Shown here piece by piece: positions 27,556 to 35,858 of a DNA stretch of 43,174 nt. The notes under the pieces are model-generated. The model saw only the letters and a program-made list of their open reading frames with translations. It searched no databases and was not told the DNA's origin. Made by a program: the position numbers and the translations under genes. The DNA is from a virus (taxonomy: Duplodnaviria > Caudoviricetes), in IMG/VR virus record IMGVR_UViG_3300020043_001328, positions 1 through 43,174 of that record; one strand, 5' to 3'. The stretch's first letter is position 1, and the number at the start of each line of letters is the position of its first letter.

Positions 27556-29153
27556 AATACGTCCTGTTCTATTTCGGTTTGAAACATTCTACCTGTCTCT
27601 TTGTTGTACAGCAAGTGACAAGCTGGTCCTGTAATACCTGAGTATCTATTTTTGAGTACTCGTACATGCGTTGTGTTACGTTCAATCAAGTCTTCAGCTT
27701 GACCGTTGCGCTCCAGACCTAACACCATGTCGCTAAGCTGTGCAATGGATGCTGACCCACGAAGCTGTGCCAACGATGTGGCTGCACCTTCTTCATGGCC
27801 TTTGTCAGATGGACGCTTCAAGTGACTGACCAAGATGAGAGCGATGTTGGTTTCTTGCACCAGCATACGCAGCTTCGTCATCACTTCGTCCAAGGCTTTG
27901 CGTTCGTCACCACTCTCTTGACTTGAGATGATGATGGACAAGTGGTCAAGGAACACATACTTGCACGACATGCCCTTTGCCAGATAGCGAACACGGTTGA
28001 CAATGTTCTCGATACTCGTCGATCCAAAGTGGTCAAACAGGTACAGGCGACCAGTGCCAAGCGTTGCATCGAAAGCATTCTTGCGTTCTTCATCAGACAC
28101 GACAGCGTCAGGTAGGTGAAGCGGTGCATTGGCAGCAAGCGACATCATAGACAATGCAGTCTTGCGAACACTCTCTTCCAAGAACATTAAGCCGATGTTG
28201 TCTGGTGTGTTTTGAATCAGATGCCACACCAACTCACGCAACACCTGAGACTTACCTAAGCCTGAGCCTGCGGTGATGGTGACAAGTTCACCGAGTCGGA
28301 TACCATAGGTGAGTTCGTTCAAACCATCCCACGGATATTTGCAATCGGCAGGTGCCATAGGTTCAGACACAATGTCCCACAACGAACTGCCTGAGACAAT
28401 ACCGTCTGGTACAAACTGCTCAGCCCTCCACCAACGATCAACAAACTGTGCTTCCTTGCTTGCCGACAACCAGTCACACGCATCCTTCAAGTCAGGCATT
28501 GGCTTGAATATCTTGCACTTGCTGCCGAACAACTCAGCCACTTCCTTCGCAGCCTTGATACCGGGTTCATCACCATCAAAGCAGACAACAATGGTTTCAA
28601 AACTGTTGATGTATTCGTAGTTGGCTTTGCAATCTTTCAATGCTGAAGCTGCACCATTCCTGATAGACACAACAGGCCACTTCGATCCTGTCATCTGGAA
28701 CACAGCCAGTGCATCGAACTCACCTTCAGTGATGGTTAAATATTTACCACCGGACGGGAACAGGTTTTGTCCATACAAGGTTGCAGCTTTCCAGTTGCCA
28801 ACAGCGCTGAAGTCTTTGCGGTCTACGGGTCTCACCTTTGCTGCCACCAACACAGAGTCTTTGTCGTAATAGGGGAAGTAGTATTTACCGTTGTCACGAA
28901 CAGTGCCATACTTCTCCATTGTTGTTTTAGTGATGCGTCTTTCTGACACAGACACTGGCACACCTGTGTTGAATGCTTTGATGAAGCCTGTGTCAGACAC
29001 TGATGATGTAACGGGTTCGATCACAATTATTCCTTCTGTACCGGGGGTAAGTGTTGAGCAGACAAAGCAATAGGTGGAGCCGTCTGCATTGATTGATGCA
29101 CCATCACTGCTATCACAAGCAGGACAGGCAACGTGAGTACGAATGAAGCTCAT
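27552..29153 (-). CDS. Primase-helicase (T7 gp4-like)
   Basis: CPAC...CFVC zinc ribbon; TOPRIM EGEFD and FDGD; helicase AGSGLGKS, LDHL, SHLKR, LRGS, KNRYSG. Confidence 0.95.
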   Translation of the reverse strand: MSFIRTHVACPACDSSDGASINADGSTYCFVCSTLTPGTEGIIVIEPVTSSVSDTGFIKAFNTGVPVSVSERRITKTTMEKYGTVRDNGKYYFPYYDKDSVLVAAKVRPVDRKDFSAVGNWKAATLYGQNLFPSGGKYLTITEGEFDALAVFQMTGSKWPVVSIRNGAASALKDCKANYEYINSFETIVVCFDGDEPGIKAAKEVAELFGSKCKIFKPMPDLKDACDWLSASKEAQFVDRWWRAEQFVPDGIVSGSSLWDIVSEPMAPADCKYPWDGLNELTYGIRLGELVTITAGSGLGKSQVLRELVWHLIQNTPDNIGLMFLEESVRKTALSMMSLAANAPLHLPDAVVSDEERKNAFDATLGTGRLYLFDHFGSTSIENIVNRVRYLAKGMSCKYVFLDHLSIIISSQESGDERKALDEVMTKLRMLVQETNIALILVSHLKRPSDKGHEEGAATSLAQLRGSASIAQLSDMVLGLERNGQAEDLIERNTTHVRVLKNRYSGITGPACHLLYNKETGRMFQTEIEQDVL

Positions 29154-29404
29154 TTAGCTACAGCCTTACTGAAGACATGGAAGCGCTTGGCATGCAACAA
29201 AGCCTCGTCACGTTCTTTGTTGAGTCCATAAATGGTGCCAGCATCAATACCTTGATCACGCTTGCGCTGCACCACTTCTGTACTAATCTGTGACGTGGTC
29301 TTACCTGAAGTCTTTGCTTTAAACAAAGGGTCGTCAGCGAAGATGGAAGGGCGGGGATGTTGTTGCCAATGGAATGGGGATGATGGGTGGCAGTTACAGG
29401 TCAT
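29150..29404 (-). CDS. Hypothetical protein
   Basis: ATGA overlaps on both sides. Confidence 0.65.
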   Translation of the reverse strand: MTCNCHPSSPFHWQQHPRPSIFADDPLFKAKTSGKTTSQISTEVVQRKRDQGIDAGTIYGLNKERDEALLHAKRFHVFSKAVAK

Positions 29405-29631
29405 TTGTTTCTTTCTTTCAGCATGGCATCGGCTGTTTTGTATGCCGCTTCAGCAATGTTTTTATACCAATCGAATTCAGTTTCGGCGTCTCTGCACACA
29501 AGATCGTCCATTACAAAGCCCTGCATTGCCTTGGCCGCAAAGTAGTCGCGCAGGGTCATGCCTGTGCCGTAGTCAAAGTCAGCGTCACATACGAATGGAA
29601 ACGCTGGCCCACCTGTGTTTGTGTTGCTCAT
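29401..29631 (-). CDS. Conserved phage protein (GGPAFP / GMTLRDYFAAKAM type)
   Basis: Widespread phage motif; start MSNTN. Confidence 0.8.
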   Translation of the reverse strand: MSNTNTGGPAFPFVCDADFDYGTGMTLRDYFAAKAMQGFVMDDLVCRDAETEFDWYKNIAEAAYKTADAMLKERNK

Positions 29632-29822
29632 GCTTCTTCTCCATATCCGTTCAAGTCGCGGTGCAGGCCAGTCCACTGGCAATCAAGACAGCTAGATGGC
29701 GAATCATCGTCTTGAGGCTTCATGCTGTGGCAGTAGTGTTCCATGGTGTTCGCCATGAATGTTTGCCAATATTGCAGCGTCACCTGTTCGCTCATACATT
29801 CTGGGCATCGTAGTTCGCTCAT
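29628..29822 (-). CDS. Small zinc-ribbon protein
   Basis: CPEC...CLDCQW; ggag RBS. Confidence 0.7.
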   Translation of the reverse strand: MSELRCPECMSEQVTLQYWQTFMANTMEHYCHSMKPQDDDSPSSCLDCQWTGLHRDLNGYGEEA

Positions 29823-30466
29823 GTCTTCTCCAAAGGAAAGAGAGCACCAACCGTCACAGGTGCAACATCACGCAACACAGCCAACACATCCTGTGCCACC
29901 AGTCGATGCTCCTTCTGTGTGGCTACATCGAGTCGTGCTTGCAAGAACGTAATCCAGCTACGCATGGTGCCAGTGACGTACAGCTTAGACGGTGTCAACC
30001 CTTCGGGCAACAGAGCACGGGCTTGTTCTTTGGCGATGCCACGCTTGAGCGCTTCTCTGTACAAGAACTGAGCCTCATCAATCATTCGCTTCTGTGCTGC
30101 TGCCCACCACACTGTGAGGTCAAAGTCGTCTGTCTCTAAAGAGTTCTGCCGATTCTTGTTGTCTTGCATTCGGCATTCTCGAATAGCGAATTCACCAAGC
30201 TGTGTAGCGTCAGCATAGCGCTGGCTAAATTCTTGGAAGCTGAAGCTTCTGTGTCGCAGGATTTGTCGGGCAATGTCGCGGGTGGTGGACACTTCAATGC
30301 ATGCACTAGCCATTTCAAACACAGACCAGTGTGCGTTACGAGCGCAATAGTTGAGTAGTCCTGTCACGTTGGGGTTGTCTTGGTTGTTGGGGTTGCTGAC
30401 ACGGGCGCAATAGCCGATGTGTTTGTCAGCATCTGGTGTTGCCCAGATAAGTTTTGCTGTTGTCAT
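29819..30466 (-). CDS. thyX: Flavin-dependent thymidylate synthase
   Basis: ARVS, HWSVFE, RHRSFSFQEFSQRY and TQKEHR motifs. Confidence 0.95.
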   Translation of the reverse strand: MTTAKLIWATPDADKHIGYCARVSNPNNQDNPNVTGLLNYCARNAHWSVFEMASACIEVSTTRDIARQILRHRSFSFQEFSQRYADATQLGEFAIRECRMQDNKNRQNSLETDDFDLTVWWAAAQKRMIDEAQFLYREALKRGIAKEQARALLPEGLTPSKLYVTGTMRSWITFLQARLDVATQKEHRLVAQDVLAVLRDVAPVTVGALFPLEKT

Positions 30467-30687
30467 TTCACAATTCCTCCGTAGTATTTGATGAGTAGTT
30501 TGAAAGCTTGAATGTGCTTTGATATTTCGGCAAGGTCTTCCTCGCGTTCAAGAGAAAACACCATACCTCTTTCACGCCCATGCACTGTGTTCCAGTCGGT
30601 GCGTAGGCTGTCTAGGTCTTCGATGAGTACAGCAGCAGTGATCTTCTGCATGGCGTCCCAATCAATTGGCAAGTTGTATGTGTTCAT
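30463..30687 (-). CDS. Hypothetical protein
   Basis: Coupled ORF; likely start MNTYN. Confidence 0.6.
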   Translation of the reverse strand: MNTYNLPIDWDAMQKITAAVLIEDLDSLRTDWNTVHGRERGMVFSLEREEDLAEISKHIQAFKLLIKYYGGIVK

Positions 30688-30833
30688 TTGATGTTCATCC
30701 ATAGTCCGATTTGTGCAAAAGCATAGCCTGTCCAGATCATACCATTACTTAGTTCACCCTTGCTCCATTGCAGCACACCAACGATGGCATAGCCTACACC
30801 AGTGGCACCAACGATGAGGTGTTCGATTGTCAT
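30684..30833 (-). CDS. Small two-TM membrane protein
   Basis: ggag RBS; MTIEHLIVGATGVGY...GYAFAQIGLW. Confidence 0.65.
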   Translation of the reverse strand: MTIEHLIVGATGVGYAIVGVLQWSKGELSNGMIWTGYAFAQIGLWMNIK

Positions 30834-31303
30834 GCGTTCTCTCCCCACATCAGCTTGCGCCATGCTCTGTAAAATGTTGTGCCACGCCACCAGATACCGA
30901 TGATGGCAGGTAAGTCAACATGTTCGATACCGCCATTACCAACCGATATAATAGGTTTAAACTGTGGCCCGTTCACGACAAGTTTATACGATGGTGACGC
31001 GGTGCCTATTCCAAAATTACCTGACGTTGTCAATGACATTACTTCTGGGCACACACCGAAGGCTCTGTCCAAACTTTGTAGTCTTTGCTTACACAGCAAT
31101 GCCCACTCCAATGTCTTAAACCAATACGGCTCAGGCTTTCCAAAGCTAAGCACACCATCGGCACTGAGACGCATCACCTCATTAGTCTTGTAGTAGACAG
31201 CATAGCGACCATCACGTTCTTCAACTTCCCATCCTTCGTGACTTGAGCATGTCCAGTAGATAGGACTACCATCATTGCACACATCCCATTTATCTGTTGT
31301 CAT
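30830..31303 (-). CDS. Hypothetical protein containing a tail-fibre-type repeat
   Basis: TSGNFGIGTASPSYKL; likely start MTTDKW. Confidence 0.6.
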   Translation of the reverse strand: MTTDKWDVCNDGSPIYWTCSSHEGWEVEERDGRYAVYYKTNEVMRLSADGVLSFGKPEPYWFKTLEWALLCKQRLQSLDRAFGVCPEVMSLTTSGNFGIGTASPSYKLVVNGPQFKPIISVGNGGIEHVDLPAIIGIWWRGTTFYRAWRKLMWGENA

Positions 31304-31457
31304 TACCGACCTTCCGTTTGCACTCATACACTGTGTTACCAACATAGAACGCACCAAGTTTGTCGCATTCTTTTGCAACAGTGATGTGTGCGTTGTACCA
31401 GCCAAATTCGTAGAAGAAAAAGCCCACTACAATGGCGATGATGATGCTGTCACTCAT
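31290..31457 (-). CDS. Small membrane-anchored protein (not in ORF track)
   Basis: MSDSIIIAIVVGFFFYEFGW...ECDKLG.FYVG..YEC; ATGA overlap with recombinase stop. Confidence 0.6.
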   Translation of the reverse strand: MSDSIIIAIVVGFFFYEFGWYNAHITVAKECDKLGAFYVGNTVYECKRKVGNDNR

Positions 31458-32542
31458 AACATTCCTCTCAGTTCCTGTGCCACAGTAGCACTCTTCAATG
31501 TGTGTTTGACATACGGTGTAAGGCTATGCACTGTGGCATGCCCACTCAAGGCCATGACGTTTGTCAGGGCCACACCAACCTCAACCATCTCAGTGATGGC
31601 TGTCCTTCGCAAGTCCATTAGCTGCAACTCGTCAGGCAATCCAGCCTCTTGCATCACCACCTTACCCACCTTGCTCAACTGCTGCAAGCTGTAGGGTTTG
31701 GGTGTATTCTTCGTTGAAGCTGGCATTATATAGGGTTGCCATGACAAATCAAGGTGTTGTTGCTTGAGCATCTCTTGCAAGTCCTTCGGCAGGGGTATCG
31801 CCACCCTAGCTCTACGCTTGCTCTGCTCCAACGACAACACCCCTGTGTTAATGTCATAGCTATCCCATGTCAGCATACGCATGTCACCAAGACGTTGCGC
31901 TGCACAATAGGCTGTGTACACAATGAGACCAATGCTTCGCCATTCATACTTGCTGAAGGCTGTAGCCATGAAAGCTTTGATGTGTTCCTTCGTCCACACT
32001 GTGCGGCGTGGTCGGTCTGTCTGTCGCTTGACGTTGGTGAACGGATTGAACAGGCAAAACCCATTGCGGATAGCATAGCTAAACAACAGACGATACACAG
32101 CCAATGAATGGTTGGCTAAGCTAATACTGTTGCTTGCATGAGCGTCATAGATTTGCTGACACACAGGTGTGGTTAAGCTACCCAGTCTTGTGTGCAACAA
32201 CACTTGTCCTGCTGTGCGGTCTTGTTGCCATTGCTTGAGGTAGTAGGCGTAGTCTTGTTTGGTTTTGGCACCAAGCCTGCTGTGTTCAAGGCTGTTGATA
32301 TAGCTTTTGATGAGGTCGTTGACGGTTGATTTGTCTGTCAAGTTTTTCAGATAACGGTGATGCTGCCGCCACTCGTCAAGCAATTCATTCTGTTCGTTGC
32401 AATAGTTGATGGCTTCAACAAGGTTGGTGCCTATGTTGATGCGCTTAACAATGTTAGCTTCGACAGCGTCAGACGGTGGGTTGTATCTGTATGAGACAAC
32501 ACCGTGCCTGTCAACGACCTGCATGTAACGGGCTAAATTCAT
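31454..32542 (-). CDS. Tyrosine recombinase / integrase
   Basis: QRLGD, QSK, DLRRT, SGH and PY catalytic layout; core-binding domain present. Confidence 0.9.
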   Translation of the reverse strand: MNLARYMQVVDRHGVVSYRYNPPSDAVEANIVKRINIGTNLVEAINYCNEQNELLDEWRQHHRYLKNLTDKSTVNDLIKSYINSLEHSRLGAKTKQDYAYYLKQWQQDRTAGQVLLHTRLGSLTTPVCQQIYDAHASNSISLANHSLAVYRLLFSYAIRNGFCLFNPFTNVKRQTDRPRRTVWTKEHIKAFMATAFSKYEWRSIGLIVYTAYCAAQRLGDMRMLTWDSYDINTGVLSLEQSKRRARVAIPLPKDLQEMLKQQHLDLSWQPYIMPASTKNTPKPYSLQQLSKVGKVVMQEAGLPDELQLMDLRRTAITEMVEVGVALTNVMALSGHATVHSLTPYVKHTLKSATVAQELRGML

Positions 32543-33558
32543 GTGTTGTTCTCCTTGAGCGCGGCTTCTACGGCATCCATAAGCGGAAGTGTTCGGGCGT
32601 AATGTTCTCGCCTGATTTGTGTGCGCTGCTCATCCGTCAGCCCAACCCATTGCCGCTGTGCTGCAACAACACCGTTAACGGATTCAAACTTCATAGTTCT
32701 GCCGCACTTGCAGTTATAGGCAACCAGCTTCACGGGCTCCTGCACAGGTGCTGGCTGTGCTGCGGCTTTGATTGCACAAGGCTTGCAACGTGAAGCCCTT
32801 TTATCAACACCAATGACCTCAGTGTTACAACCACGACAGGTCATCATGTAATTTCCGGGTGCATAGCCGTATGCTTTCAGGTGCTCCCACTGTTCAGGCT
32901 TTTGCACAGGTGCTGCGGTATTGGCCCATGCGCCGTGCTTGTATCCGTCTTTCCAGCCTTGATCGTATACGGGTGGGGTGGTGTAGAGGGGCGACCAACC
33001 AGATTCGTCTGGCGGCTCTTTACCCCACGCAATTTCAGGCTCGTCAGTTCCAATCTGGCGACCATCATCGTCTTCAATGAAAGATGCGCGGCACCACGCC
33101 ACAGGCTCCTGCACAGGTGCTGGATGTGCTGCGGGTGGGGTGGTCAGTTTTGTGTTTGGATCGCCCTCAAATATGGGCATCACCTCGTAATGAACTTCCC
33201 AGTTTCTTGCCTGCTTGATGTCGGTTGTTTCGTTTAAAAAATCCGCAGTGCGCCATCCAATCAGTTTGGGCTTTGCCACAGGCTGCACAGGTGCTGGATG
33301 TGCTGCGGGTGGGGTGGTGTAGAGATTGCGACCAATTGCGGCTTCATAGTTTTGCCAAACCAGATCGCCGTTTTTCTCAACCCACGCCACCGGCTCCTGC
33401 ACAGGCTCATAATCCAGCCCCAACTCTCTGGCGTTCTCTGCCATCTTGTCGAGGGCACGGGCTTGCTTGATGGCGGTGATGGCATCGTAAGTATCGCAAT
33501 AACTGCTTGCGTATATCAACGCCTCCAGCGCCAAGTCGAGTGCTTCGTCTTTATTCAT
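32539..33558 (-). CDS. Mosaic hypothetical protein with PVQEPVA / YTTPP linkers
   Basis: Repeated linkers separate unrelated modules; WVGLTDE near C-terminus. Confidence 0.8.
   Translation of the reverse strand: MNKDEALDLALEALIYASSYCDTYDAITAIKQARALDKMAENARELGLDYEPVQEPVAWVEKNGDLVWQNYEAAIGRNLYTTPPAAHPAPVQPVAKPKLIGWRTADFLNETTDIKQARNWEVHYEVMPIFEGDPNTKLTTPPAAHPAPVQEPVAWCRASFIEDDDGRQIGTDEPEIAWGKEPPDESGWSPLYTTPPVYDQGWKDGYKHGAWANTAAPVQKPEQWEHLKAYGYAPGNYMMTCRGCNTEVIGVDKRASRCKPCAIKAAAQPAPVQEPVKLVAYNCKCGRTMKFESVNGVVAAQRQWVGLTDEQRTQIRREHYARTLPLMDAVEAALKENNT
33109..33318. repeat. 36-bp exact direct repeat
   Basis: ctgcacaggtgctggatgtgctgcgggtggggtggt at 33109 and 33283. Confidence 0.9.
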
Positions 33559-33785
33559 GTGTTTCCCCTTGCTCGGATGGCGTTGCCAATAGCCCCGTCT
33601 TGCAGGGGGTCCATGCTGTCTGCCACCTTTGCACACGCCTCACGCTCATCAGCACGGGCTTTCTGAGCTTGATCTTGCCAATAGTGGTGGTCGCAGTATT
33701 CTCCCTGCTCAATATCTTCTTTCCAGAGATTAAAAGCATAGCTGCCGCAGTTGTACTGTCCCTGTTTAAATGTGCATCGCGTCAT
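33555..33785 (-). CDS. Hypothetical protein (EREACAKV...AIRARG type)
   Basis: C-terminus paralogous to adjacent gene. Confidence 0.7.
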   Translation of the reverse strand: MTRCTFKQGQYNCGSYAFNLWKEDIEQGEYCDHHYWQDQAQKARADEREACAKVADSMDPLQDGAIGNAIRARGNT

Positions 33786-34069
33786 GTGTTCCCCCTTGCT
33801 CGGATAGCTGCGGCAAGATGTTCAGCAGCAACCTGCGCGTCATCGTCCCAGCAGCAGTCACAGATTTCTTCCTCACACACTTTTGCACACGCCTCACGCT
33901 CTGCCTCAACGGCTTTGGCAAGCAACTCATCCCACCGCATACTTCGCGCCTCACGCTCATCAGCACGTACAAGCTCGGCGAAGCGGTTAAGTTGATACAC
34001 ATACCAATCGCTTGAAAAAGATTCATCTATAAGGCCAGCCTCACGGGCCATGTCTATCGTGTCTCTCAT
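33782..34069 (-). CDS. Hypothetical protein (MAREAG / EREACAKV...AIRARG type)
   Basis: Likely start MRDTID with gagg RBS. Confidence 0.7.
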   Translation of the reverse strand: MRDTIDMAREAGLIDESFSSDWYVYQLNRFAELVRADEREARSMRWDELLAKAVEAEREACAKVCEEEICDCCWDDDAQVAAEHLAAAIRARGNT

Positions 34070-34073
34070 ATCA

Positions 34074-34271
34074 TCATTCCTCTTTAGGTTTCTTAGGCAG
34101 CGGTGCCCAATGCGTCCAGAACTTATCGTCACCACGCAACTCACCGTACACAGCAACACCATGCACACTCAATAGCTGCACCTTCGCAGACATCGGGCAT
34201 GTCTCAATGGGTTGCCAATAGTATTCGGTGTCTACAACGGCTGTGCCGTCCTTGGTTAGTCTCACAGTCAT
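34074..34271 (-). CDS. DUF551-like protein
   Basis: WQPIETCP...THWAPLP. Confidence 0.75.
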   Translation of the reverse strand: MTVRLTKDGTAVVDTEYYWQPIETCPMSAKVQLLSVHGVAVYGELRGDDKFWTHWAPLPKKPKEE

Positions 34272-35092
34272 ACATCACCCATGTTGTAAAGCATAGTTGC
34301 TGTAGCCAACAACTTGTTGTGGTCAACCAGTGCATCAATCCAGCGTTGAGGGATGGCATCGTAGCCATAGATACGACCAGCAATCATACCTGTCACAGCA
34401 CCCACTGTATCAGCGTCACCACCTTTGTTGACGGCGTGGATGAGAGCGTCCTCGAAGGAGTGTGTTGCACACACCGACTGCCACGCCGATGCATAACATC
34501 CCATCACTGTACCGCTCTCTTCCTTGATGCCTTTGTCGAACAGGTCTTGGTTGCCAACAGTTGCACCATCGAACAACTCTTCAGCCAGTGCAGCACTGTA
34601 CATCACACACTTACCTGTGCCGTGAGTGATGAGTCCACCAGCAACAGACTCAGCAATCGCCATCGTCTTGTTGTTGTGGTTGAACAGGATGTGTGGAGCC
34701 ATTCGCATGATGCCACCGTTACCGTCTGTCATCAACGCACAAGAGCCACCATAGGGACGCTTGTTGGACGAAGCAGACAGGGCTTCGGCAGTGGTAGTAC
34801 CAACGTCAAAGCAATAGTCACGAGTACCAAAGGTACCACGGTTACGCCATTGTTTGAAGTTCTGTGCAATGACACCGGGAGCAAAGCGTTTGTATGTGAG
34901 GTAGCTATCTGCGATAGCCATTGCCATAGCCGTATCGTCTGTAGTCTCGGCAATAGCCAGATCGTGTACACCACCACCAATCATGTCACGAACAGGTGAC
35001 CCTGTGTTTGGTTCTGTAAACTCCAGCGGCCCACCAAGAGCATCACCAATAGCGAGTCCCATGAACATACCGATAGCGTTGTTACGATTCAT
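34268..35092 (-). CDS. ADP-ribosylglycohydrolase (DraG/ARH family)
   Basis: GLAIGDALG, TTDDT, GNGGIMR, ITH and GGDADTVGAVTG all intact. Confidence 0.93.
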   Translation of the reverse strand: MNRNNAIGMFMGLAIGDALGGPLEFTEPNTGSPVRDMIGGGVHDLAIAETTDDTAMAMAIADSYLTYKRFAPGVIAQNFKQWRNRGTFGTRDYCFDVGTTTAEALSASSNKRPYGGSCALMTDGNGGIMRMAPHILFNHNNKTMAIAESVAGGLITHGTGKCVMYSAALAEELFDGATVGNQDLFDKGIKEESGTVMGCYASAWQSVCATHSFEDALIHAVNKGGDADTVGAVTGMIAGRIYGYDAIPQRWIDALVDHNKLLATATMLYNMGDV

Positions 35093-35094
35093 TA

Positions 35095-35601
35095 CTATTC
35101 CTTGTGTTTTATTAAATAATCCAGAGCTTTTTGCAACAAGTCAACATCGTCTTGTAGCAAACCAATCCCCGTGTTGCAACCATGACAAAGCAACTCTCTC
35201 ACTTTACCTGTGATGTGATCATGATCTACAAAAAGCTTTTTGTTTTTGTTCTGTGACTCATGCTTACCGCAGATTGCACAACTACAGTTCTGTGTAACTC
35301 TCATCTCTTCAAATTTTTCAAGAGTGATTCCGTACAACTGTCTGTACTTGTGACCACGATGCATGTCTACGTTGTTCTTTCTGAACTCACCACGTCTTTG
35401 TATTTCATCTTCTCTGTTTTCATAGTAGTGTTCTTTTCGTTTATCACGTCTTGCTTGTGGGTCTTTGTTGTACTGAACCTTATTGTTAATGTTGTCACAC
35501 GTCTTGCACCAGCTTCTGTAACCAGAAGCCTTCGACCTGTCACGATTGAACAAAGCAATCTCTTGCTCAGTGCCACACTTAGAACATACCTTTGTATCCA
35601 T
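35095..35601 (-). CDS. Endonuclease VII-domain putative homing endonuclease
   Basis: CSKC/CKTC N-terminus, YGIT, CAICG...VDHDH.TG.VR.LLC..CN.GIG. Confidence 0.85.
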   Translation of the reverse strand: MDTKVCSKCGTEQEIALFNRDRSKASGYRSWCKTCDNINNKVQYNKDPQARRDKRKEHYYENREDEIQRRGEFRKNNVDMHRGHKYRQLYGITLEKFEEMRVTQNCSCAICGKHESQNKNKKLFVDHDHITGKVRELLCHGCNTGIGLLQDDVDLLQKALDYLIKHKE

Positions 35602-35624
35602 ATAAACTCCTATAAAGTATAGTA

Positions 35625-35653
35625 GTTATATGAAGTAGTGAATGAACTGTCAA
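35625..35653 (-). promoter_or_regulatory. sigma70-type promoter
   Basis: TTGACA-17 bp-TATAAC, then aggag RBS of the endonuclease gene. Confidence 0.75.
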
Positions 35654-35711
35654 GTGAATTAACGTAACATTTCCTGTGCTGTCTAACATGAGATATGTTA
35701 GATGTTGAAGA

Positions 35712-35786
35712 TGGTGTTACGTACCGGGATCGAACCGATGACCAAGCAATTATGAGCTGCCTGCTCTACCGCTGAGCTAACGTAAC
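35712..35786 (-). tRNA. tRNA with CAT anticodon, probably Ile2 (lysidine) rather than Met
   Basis: GTTACGT/ACGTAAC acceptor, ggcag-CTCATAA-ttgct arm resembling bacterial Ile2, CCA. Confidence 0.85.
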
Positions 35787-35858
35787 ATATGCACGTCTCT
35801 CCGTGCTGTCACCGATTGTCTAACCAGAAGAACCCCATAGCGGTCAGGGCCGTTTACG

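Noticed and set aside
17313-29153. Introns or inteins in RNR, polymerase or helicase
   Set aside because: ORFs are continuous, of expected size, with no intein or LAGLIDADG motifs seen.
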